A stretch of DNA of 31,991 bases from NCBI RefSeq assembly GCF_006345805.1, contig NW_021832670.1, positions 1 to 31,991 of the forward strand. The letters run 5' to 3'. Shown here piece after piece: positions 24,518-31,991 of this stretch. Source of the stretch: Octopus sinensis (lineage: Eukaryota). A program made the translations under genes and the position numbers. Under the pieces are notes generated by a model. That model was not told where the DNA came from, made no database searches, and saw only the letters and a list, made by a program, of their open reading frames with translations. Numbering within the stretch: position 1 is the first letter of the stretch; each line of letters starts with the position of its first letter.

Positions 24518-24707
24518 TACGATATATATCTAATTACTTTAGATATAACAAAGAATTTAGTAAAATAACTTAGTTATCATTCAGCTAGTGTTAGGAACAT
24601 AAATTGTGACTAAAGTTTGGTGGAAGATTTTAATTCAAAACTTATGAAAACAAGACCTTTGTACTACAGAGCCAGAGCTGGTTTCAGCCGGGTTAGTAAA
24701 GAAAGGG
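24205..24707. mobile_element. piggyBac-type non-autonomous element (MITE) interrupted by a SINE-A
   Basis: TTAA at 24201-04 and 24708-11. Left end CCTTTTCGTTACT; right end reverse complement CCCTTTCTTTACT. About 230 bp remain once the SINE is removed. Confidence 0.7.
24258..24523 (-). mobile_element. SINE family A, 3' half, nested in the piggyBac-type MITE
   Basis: Reverse complement of the 23712-23956 copy. Confidence 0.9.
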
Positions 24708-24849
24708 TTAAAGTGAGATTCTTATAGCAGCTAGGTTTGTGATGTAATCACCTATTTAAGTACTAACTAGGCTCAAAATTGCTTAACTTCAAGGATCAGA
24801 CAGGAACTGGTACTTTCAATATGATAGGGCCAAAAGCAGCAATAATAAT

Positions 24850-25255
24850 GATAAGGGTTTCAAATTTTGGCACAAGCTCAACAATTTTATGAGGAAGAGA
24901 ATATTTGCATTGATCCAATTATTTGGCTAGTATTTCATTTTTATTGACTCTGAAAATCTCGAATGGCAAAGTTGACTTTGGTGGGTTTCCACCTCAGGAT
25001 GTAAAAGTCTGAAAGAACTACCACTAAGTATTTTGTTGGATGTGCTAATGATTTTGTCAGGCTACCACCTTGAATGGTTTTAGAATTGTGGCACAAGGCT
25101 AGCAATTTTACTCAGCTGCTACTTTAATTTACCAATCCTTAGAGGAGAAAAAGCAATGTTGATCCCAGTGAGATTTGAACTCAGAGCATAAAGAGCTGAA
25201 TAATATGCAGGTAAGTATTTTGTCCAAGATACTTATGATTCTGCCAGTTGTTTTT
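24850..25255 (-). mobile_element. Two old, diverged SINE family B monomers
   Basis: CAAAGTTGACTTTGGTGGG...CTCAGGATG...CTAAGTATTTTG...CCACCTT, and GAGATTTGAACTCAGAGC...TAAGTATTTTGTCC...TTCTGCCAG. Confidence 0.55.
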
Positions 25256-25283
25256 GCATTTATAACACTATCACCACCATCAT

Positions 25284-25314
<31 letters not shown>

Positions 25315-25317
25315 AAT

Positions 25318-25720
25318 AATCCTTTCTACTATAGGTACAGGGCATGAAATTTGTGGGGAGCAGGGCCAGTCAATTAGATTGACCCCAGTATGCAACTGGT
25401 ACTTAATTTATCAACCCCGAAAGGATGAAAGGCAAAACCGACCTTGGTGGAACTTGAACTCAGGACGTTAAGACAGACAAAATACCTATTTCTTTACTAC
25501 CCACAAGGGGCTAAACACAGAGAGGACAAACAAGGACTGACAAATGGATTAAGTCGATTATATCGACCCCAGTGCGTAATTGGTACTTATTTAATCGACC
25601 CCGAAAGGATGAAAGGCATAGTCGACCTTGGTGGAATTTGAACTCAGAACGTTAAGACAGACAAAATACCGCTAAGCATTTCACCCGGTGAACTAACGAT
25701 TCTCTCAACATGCCGCCTTG
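25318..25720 (-). mobile_element. SINE family B, dimeric form (tRNA-like head plus two tandem body units)
   Basis: The block CCCCGAAAGGATGAAAGGCA...GACCTTGGTGGAA(C/T)TTGAACTCAG(G/A)ACGTTAAGACAGACAAAATACC appears twice, about 180 bp apart. The minus-strand head is AAGGCGGCA...GAGTTCAAATTCC. Confidence 0.8.
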
Positions 25721-25823
25721 ACAACAACAATAATAATCTTTTCTACTAAAGACACAAAGCCTGAAATTTGTGAGGAAAGGCTAGTTAATTACATCGGTCC
25801 CCAATGCTTGACTGGTACCTATT

Positions 25824-26051
25824 TCTTTACTACCCACAAGGGGCTAAACATAGAGAGGACAAACAAGGGCAGACAAACGGATTAAGTCGATTATATCGAC
25901 CCCAGTGCATAACTGAAACTTAATTAATCGACCCCGAAAGGATGAAAGGCAAAGTCGACCTCGGCGGAACTTGAACTCAGAACGTAACGGCAGACGAAAT
26001 ACCGCTAAGCATTTCGCCCGGCGTGCTAGCGTCTCTGCCAGCTTGCCGCCT
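25824..26051 (-). mobile_element. Young SINE family B monomer nested in an older B copy (host 25733-25823 and 26068-26170)
   Basis: 16-bp target duplication TTGACTGGTACCTATT at 25808-25823 and 26052-26067. Confidence 0.9.
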
Positions 26052-26224
26052 TTGACTGGTACCTATTATATCAACTCTGAAAGGATGAAAAGCAGAGTTG
26101 ACCTCAGCAGAATCTGAACTCAGAACGCAAAGAAGGACGAATACTGCTAAGTATTTTGTCCAGCATAATGATAAGAGCCATACTATTGAAGCAAGAAGAA
26201 AAGACAAGATAAAATCATAAAGGA

Positions 26225-27770
26225 CAAATAAAACAGTGTAAGATCATTTACTTGACAGTACTGCATGATATTAGAGTGGATCCCAAAGAAATTGAGAAAT
26301 ATTAGGCAATATTAACCAGAAAGATGAAGAGAGTGGCTGTGTGGTAAGTAGCTTGCTTACCAACCACATTGTCCCAGGTTCAGTTCCACTGCGTGGCATC
26401 TTGGGCAAGTGTCTTCTACTATAACCTCGGGCCGACCAAAGCCTTGTGAGTAGATATGGTAGACGGAAACTGAAAGAAGCCCGTCGTATATATGTATATA
26501 TATATATATATATATGTGTGTGTGCGAATATGTTTGTGTGTCTGTGTTTGTCTCCCTAGCATTGCTTGACAACCGATGCTGGTGTGTTTACATCCCCGTC
26601 ACTTAGCGGTTCGGCAAAAGAGACCGATAGAATAAGTACTGGGCTTACAAAGAATAAGTCCCGGGGTCGATTTGCTCGATTAAAGGCGGTGCTCCAGCAT
26701 GGCCGCAGTCAAATGACTGAAACAAGTAAAAGAGAGTGGCTGTGTGGTAAGTAGCTTGCTTTCCAACCACATTGTGCCGGGTTCAGTCCCACTGCGTGGC
26801 ATCTTGGGCAAGTGTCTTCTGCTATAGCCTCAGGCCAACCAAAGCCTTGTGAGTGGATATGGTAGACGGAAACTGAAAGAAGCCCGTCGTATATATGTAT
26901 ATATATATATATATGTGTGTGTGTGCGTGTGTGTTTGTGTGTCTGTGTTTTCCCCCTAGCATTGCTGACAACCGATGCTGGTGTGTTTACATCCCCGTCA
27001 CGTAGCGGTTCGGCAAAAGAGACCGATAGAATAAGTACTGGGCTTACAAGAATAGTCCCGGGGTCGATTTGCTCGATTAAGGAGGTGCCAGCAGGCCGAG
27101 TCAAATACTGAAACAGTAAAAGGAGTGGCTGTGTGGTAAGTAGCTTGCTTACCAACCACATTGTGCCGGGTTCAGTCCCACTGCGTGGCATCTTGGGCAA
27201 GTGTCTTCTGCTATAGCCTCAGGCCAACCAAAGCCTTGTGAGTGGATATGGTAGACGGAAACTGAAAGAAGCCCGCGTATATATGTATATATATATATAT
27301 GTGTGTGTGTGCGGTGTGTTTGTGTGTCTGTGTTGTCCCCTAGCCTTGCCTTGACAACCGATGCTGGTGTGTTTACGTCCCCATCACTTAGCGGTTCAGC
27401 AAAAGAGACCGATAGAATAAGTACTGGTCTTACAAAGAATAAGTCCCAGGGTCGATTTGCTCGATTAAAGGCAGTGCTCCAGCATGGCCGCAGTCAAATG
27501 ACTGAAACAAGCAAAAGAGAGTAAAAGAGAGAGATTGTTGAAGACCAAGATGACAATTATTCCCTTGGTAATTAGTGCACTTGGTTTAACACTCAGGTGG
27601 CTATTTTAGAAGCTGAAGGAAATTGGAGCTGAGACTTGCGTTGCTAACCAGCAGAAAAGTGCAATCCTGTATTCTGCAAGAATCCTGAGAAAGAGTCTTG
27701 AGATTTGAGGAGGCTTGTTGTCACCAAGCCTCAAAACATCCCTGCTAACTAATATAACAGGCAATAACAA
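26225..27770 (+). pseudogene. 3' relic of a non-LTR retrotransposon with restriction-like endonuclease (R4/Dong/NeSL-type), split by a SINE-A trimer
   Basis: 26225-26332 reads QCKIIYLTVLHDIRVDS/KEIEKY*AILTRKMKR. 27535-27708 reads LLKTKMTIIPLVISALG...QKSAILYSARILRKSLEI*. This fits the RLE C-terminal pattern CxIIDxAVPxD...KExEKxxKY...KRLW...VIPxVIGALG...SARILRRVL*, recalled from memory and not searched. Confidence 0.75.
26331..27534 (+). mobile_element. Head-to-tail trimer of SINE family A
   Basis: Heads GAGTGGCTGTGTGG at 26331, 26734 and 27123. Each tail (GTAAAAG) runs directly into the next head. Confidence 0.92.
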
Positions 27771-27779
27771 TAGTAAAGA

Positions 27780-27787
27780 AATGGTGG

Positions 27788-27821
<34 letters not shown>

Positions 27822-27925
27822 GGTGGTGGTGGTGGTGGTGGTGGTGGTGGTGGTAGTGATGATGATGTTGATGATGATGGTGGTGGTGGTGGTGGTGATG
27901 ATGATGTTGATAATGATTATGACGA

Positions 27926-27959
<34 letters not shown>

Positions 27960-28048
27960 GATGATGATGTTGATGATGATGGGGTGGTGGTGGTGGTGGT
28001 GGTGGTTTGGTGGTGGTGATGATGATGATGATGACGATGATGATGATT
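27780..28048. repeat. (GGT)n/(GAT)n microsatellite
   Basis: Read directly from the sequence. Confidence 0.9.
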
Positions 28049-28262
28049 TTGCATTTTCGCACAAGGCCAGCAATTTTAGGAAAAGGGCGCAGGTCAAATG
28101 CATGAAGCCTCACTACTAAAATGTTACTTTATTTTATCAATATCAAAAGAATGGAAACACAGTTAATCTTATGAGATTTGAACTCAAAACATAAAGAACC
28201 AGAAGAATGATACTGTAACCTACTACATCGAACCCAGTACTTTACTAGTACATTATTATACC

Positions 28263-28491
28263 TATTTCTTTACTACCCACAAGGGGCTAAACACAGAGGA
28301 GACAAACAAGGACAGACAAATGGATTAAGTCGATTATATCGACCCCAGTGCGTAACTGGTACTTAGTTTGTCGACCCCAAAAGGATGAAAGGTAAAGTCG
28401 ACCTCGGTGGAATTTGAACTCAGAATAACGGCAGACGAAATACGGCTACGCATTTCGCCTGACGTGCTAACGTTTCTGCCAGCTCACCACC
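28263..28491 (-). mobile_element. Young SINE family B monomer nested in an older B copy
   Basis: 15-bp target duplication GTACATTATTATACC at 28248-28262 and 28492-28506. The host sequence continues with GAAAGACAAAGTTGATCTCGGCGGAATTTGAACTC. Confidence 0.9.
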
Positions 28492-29056
28492 GTACATTAT
28501 TATACCAACATCATGAAAGACAAAGTTGATCTCGGCGGAATTTGAACTCGGCATACATAGATGGACGTAATGTGGAATGAAAGATAATATTAACACTTTC
28601 ACATTATTAATATCACAATAATGTTCATATTGTAGATATTTTTGTTATCACCGCTAACATAGTACCAGGAACTGGGGATTTACGGGTTGCAAGCACACCC
28701 TAAAATTGTTTGGTGGGTGCAAAATCAAAATTCACACCTGCTACTTATTTTTCTCAGGTTTAGAAACCTGTAAAAAGGGACCTGTAAAAAGTAGCTTGAA
28801 GTAGCTTAAAAAACAAGGAACAAATATAAATAAAAGCAAAACAATAAAAACTTGTTTGCAAAAATATTTTGGACCTGGGTTTCGCACTCCCAAAGCAAAT
28901 TTTGTTCCTGAACTAGAGACCACCAACTAGCTGCAAGACCATACACTGGCCACTGGCCCTTCACTGTGACCTCCATCATTTCTCATAAAACTCTCCATAC
29001 ACTAGTTGGGGATCATAACACTGAAATTTCTCTGAGCTTAAAATATGCAGCTATAA

Positions 29057-29454
29057 CTCTTTTATTCTTTTACTTGTTTCAGTCATTTCACTGCGGCCAT
29101 GCTGGAGCACTGCCTTTAGTCAAGCAAGTCGACCCCGGGACTTATTCTTTGTAAGCCTTGTACTTATTCTATCGGTCTCTTTTGCCGAACCGCTAAGTGA
29201 CGGTGACGTAAACACACCAGCATCGGTTGTCAAGCAATGCTAGGGAGACAAACACAGACACACAAACACACACACATACATATATATATACATATATACG
29301 ACAGGCTTCTTTCAGTTTCCGTCTACCAAATCCACTCACAAGGCATTGGTCGGCCCGGGGCTATAGCAGAAGACACTTGCCCAAGATGCCACGCAGTGGG
29401 ACTGAACCCGGAACCATGTGGTTGGTTAGCAAGCTACTTACCACACAGCCACTC
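29057..29454 (-). mobile_element. SINE family A, full length
   Basis: Complete reverse complement of family A. Confidence 0.9.
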
Positions 29455-29841
29455 ATAAGGCTTTTTTTTTTACTTTATAATTGCTGCTGCTGTTGCAGTT
29501 GTTGTTGTTGTTGCTGTAACTGTCGTTTAGAACATTTTCCCTTATTAATCTTGACACATGTAAAAGGTAACAGTTACAGCGAGCAGCTTTTCTTTTTCAC
29601 ACTAAGTCAAATCAATGGTGCTGACACCTGATATATACTCTATAATAAGCTGTACACACACATGCACACAGAACTCACACAAGAAGAATTTTTACTTGTG
29701 AAGAGTAAAAATATTTTCAAGCAAAATATATTTATTACATTAACACCAAGGATACAAATATTTAGTAGATACAATTGAGTAAACCACACACACCCCCCAC
29801 ACACACACACAAAAATTGGTAGATGATTAGTACATATTTTA

Positions 29842-30000
29842 GGTGAAAGCATTGGCTTTATGGTTAAGAAGTTCACCTCCCAAAGCTTTTGGATCCAGTC
29901 CCTCTGTATGGCACATTAGGCAAATGTCTGCTACTATACCACTGACCCAACCAAAGCCTTTGGTTAGTAGACAGAAACTGAAAGATGCCTGTAACACATA
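29842..30000 (+). mobile_element. Old, diverged SINE family A-like 5' part
   Basis: TGGCTTTATGGTTAAGAAG...CCAGTCCC...GGCAAATGTC...CCAAAGCCTT...AGACAGAAACTGAAAGATGCC. Confidence 0.55.
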
Positions 30001-30011
30001 TCTATATCCAT

Positions 30012-30030
30012 TCATCCATCTATCTATCTA

Positions 30031-30089
<59 letters not shown>

Positions 30090-30090
30090 A
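30012..30090. repeat. (TATC)n microsatellite
   Basis: Read directly from the sequence. Confidence 0.95.
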
Positions 30091-30313
30091 GATTGATTGA
30101 TTAATCTATCTACCTGCATACATACATACATCAAAATGGTAGATTGGTAAACTTTGTGGAATTATTTGATTTTCAGTGTAAAGAATTTCTAATAGGAAAT
30201 ACTTTACATGTTTTCTACTACATGTACGATTTTGTAACTCATAATGTATGTATGTATGTATGTATGTATGTATGTATGCATTTATATATATATGTATGTA
30301 TGTGTATATATAT

Positions 30314-30543
30314 TTCTTTACTACCCACAAGGGGCTAAACATAGAGGGGACAAACAAGGACAGACAAAGGGATTAAGTCGATTACATAGACCCCAGTGCG
30401 AAACTGGTACTTTATTTATCGACCCAGAAAGGATGAAAGGCAAAGTCGACCTCGGCAGAATTTGAACTCAGAACGTAACGGCAGACGAAATACGGCTACG
30501 CATTTCGCCCGGCGTGCTAACGTTTCTGCCAGCTCATCGCCTT
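30314..30543 (-). mobile_element. Young SINE family B monomer
   Basis: Full head GGCGATGAGCTGGCAGAAACG through tail GTAAAGAAATA. The 13-bp target duplication TGTGTATATATAT lies at 30301-30313 and 30544-30556. Confidence 0.9.
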
Positions 30544-30582
30544 TGTGTATATATATATATATATATCGTATATATATATATA

Positions 30583-30633
<51 letters not shown>

Positions 30634-30635
30634 AA

Positions 30636-30670
<35 letters not shown>

Positions 30671-30837
30671 CGCGTGCATGTGTCTATGTGCAAGTTCATT
30701 TGTGTGTGTATGAGTGTATATGTTCACTTTTTTTGATATTACGTGATAGTAGTATAGTTGTAAATGAATGCTAACATCAGAAAAATGATGATGCTGCTCC
30801 CCATCCCCTTCTGCAAACTCATATCTGGCCAGGTGGG

Positions 30838-31165
30838 GAAATATTATCTTGCTTGGAAACAGATCCGGGGCTGGTAACAGGAAGGGTGTCTGGCCATAGT
30901 AAATGTGCCTCTATGAACTCTGACACAAACAAGCATGGAAAACCCTCCTCCTCCTCATCATCATCATCATTTAATGTCCATTGTCCATGCTGGCATGGGT
31001 TGGACGGTTTGACCATAGCTAGGAAGCTGGGAAGCTGTAGAAGACCCTAGTCTGATTTTGCATGGTTGCTATGGCTGGATGCCCTTTCTAACGCCAACCA
31101 TTTTACAGAGTATGCTGGGTGCTTTTACATGGCACCACATAGGTACTTTTACGTGGCACTGCCAC
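30838..31165. mobile_element. Two SINE family C-related copies, tail to tail (plus ~30838-30950, minus ~30950-31165)
   Basis: The plus copy reads GGTAACAGGAAGGG...AAGCATGGAAAA. The minus copy reads TTTAATGTCC...CCATGCTGGCATGGGTTGGACGG...GGCTGGATGCCCTTTCTAACGCCAACC...GGTGCTTTTAC on the plus strand. Confidence 0.7.
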
Positions 31166-31413
31166 AAGTCCTTTTCACCATCAGAGGTCCCAGTCTTAAT
31201 ACTTCTGATGCAGAGTATGGGGTCTTCTTGTGTACAGCAAGGCACCAGGCATCTTGGTCCCTTGTCATCTCACCTGAAAGGTTCAGCATCTTAAACTCCG
31301 ATAATAATGACAATTTACTAAACTCAGAATCAGAATGTCAATCTTAATTTTCAATTAAGTTCTGAAATGCATTTAATGTTGAACTCTGCTGTTTTTGCCA
31401 CTTTAGTCCTGAT

Positions 31414-31796
31414 TACTCTCTCTTTACTCTTTTACTTGTTTCAGTCATTTGACTGCGGCCATGCTGGAGCACCGCCTTTAGTCGAGCAAATCGACCCCAG
31501 GACTTATTCTTTTGTAAGCCCAGTACTTATTCTATCGGTCTCTTTTGCCGAACCGCTAAGTAACGGGGACATAAACACACCAGCATTGGTTGTCAAGCAA
31601 TGCTAGGGGGACAAACACGACACACAAAACACACACCATATATATATATATACATATATACGACGGGCTTCTTTCAGTTTCCATCTACCAAATCCACTCA
31701 CAAGGCTTTGGTCGGCCCGAGGCTATAGTAGAAGACACTTTCCCAAGATGCCACACAGTGGGACTGAACCTGGAACCATGTGGTTGGTAAACAAGT
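31414..31796 (-). mobile_element. SINE family A, nearly full length
   Basis: Reverse complement of family A, missing the first ~20 nt. Confidence 0.9.
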
Positions 31797-31991
31797 TCAC
31801 TTTAATGAAAACAGATTCAAGCTTACTTTAAGCTAAAGGTCAAGAACCTTGATGACATTGAAACCTGTATGTTGTTGAATAATGAACTATGTGCTGTGGA
31901 ATTTTGAGAATATAATTTAAGGCTTTAAAAATCCATATTAATGCTTGAGTGTCTTAGAAAACGTGATATTCATAATTTTGTTATTAGTATG

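Noticed and set aside
28662-28915. Possible MITE with TAGT(AC/T)CAGGAAC termini
   Set aside because: There is only about 11 bp of imperfect inverted match, no convincing target duplication and no second copy in the window.

Overview
Non-coding, repeat-saturated animal genomic DNA. It is most likely coleoid cephalopod (octopus), inferred from the tRNA-headed SINE families and the CA/TA/GAT/AAT microsatellite load; no taxon marker was seen directly. No intact protein-coding gene is supported, and nearly all listed ORFs are translations of microsatellites or SINEs. Supported content: (1) about 30 SINE copies or fragments in four families, labelled A-D here, plus an AAT-tailed ~550-bp element (E); (2) a 1,240-bp DD37D (maT) Tc1/mariner relic with TIRs and a TA target duplication; (3) a 397-bp non-autonomous Helitron; (4) a piggyBac-type MITE with TTAA target duplication; (5) the 3' end of a restriction-like-endonuclease (R4/Dong-type) LINE, split by a head-to-tail SINE trimer; (6) several tandem duplications and minisatellites. 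The most notable signal is a well-formed type I hammerhead ribozyme motif at 8904-8996 with a minimal palindromic stem III, of the Penelope/retrozyme type. Three fold-back elements carry the same GAAAC-palindrome-GT core, one with a decayed hammerhead in its loop. Young SINE-B copies have also inserted twice at the equivalent site of older SINE-B copies, with their 3' tail overlapping the target duplication. All alignments and folds were done by eye, and none was checked computationally.
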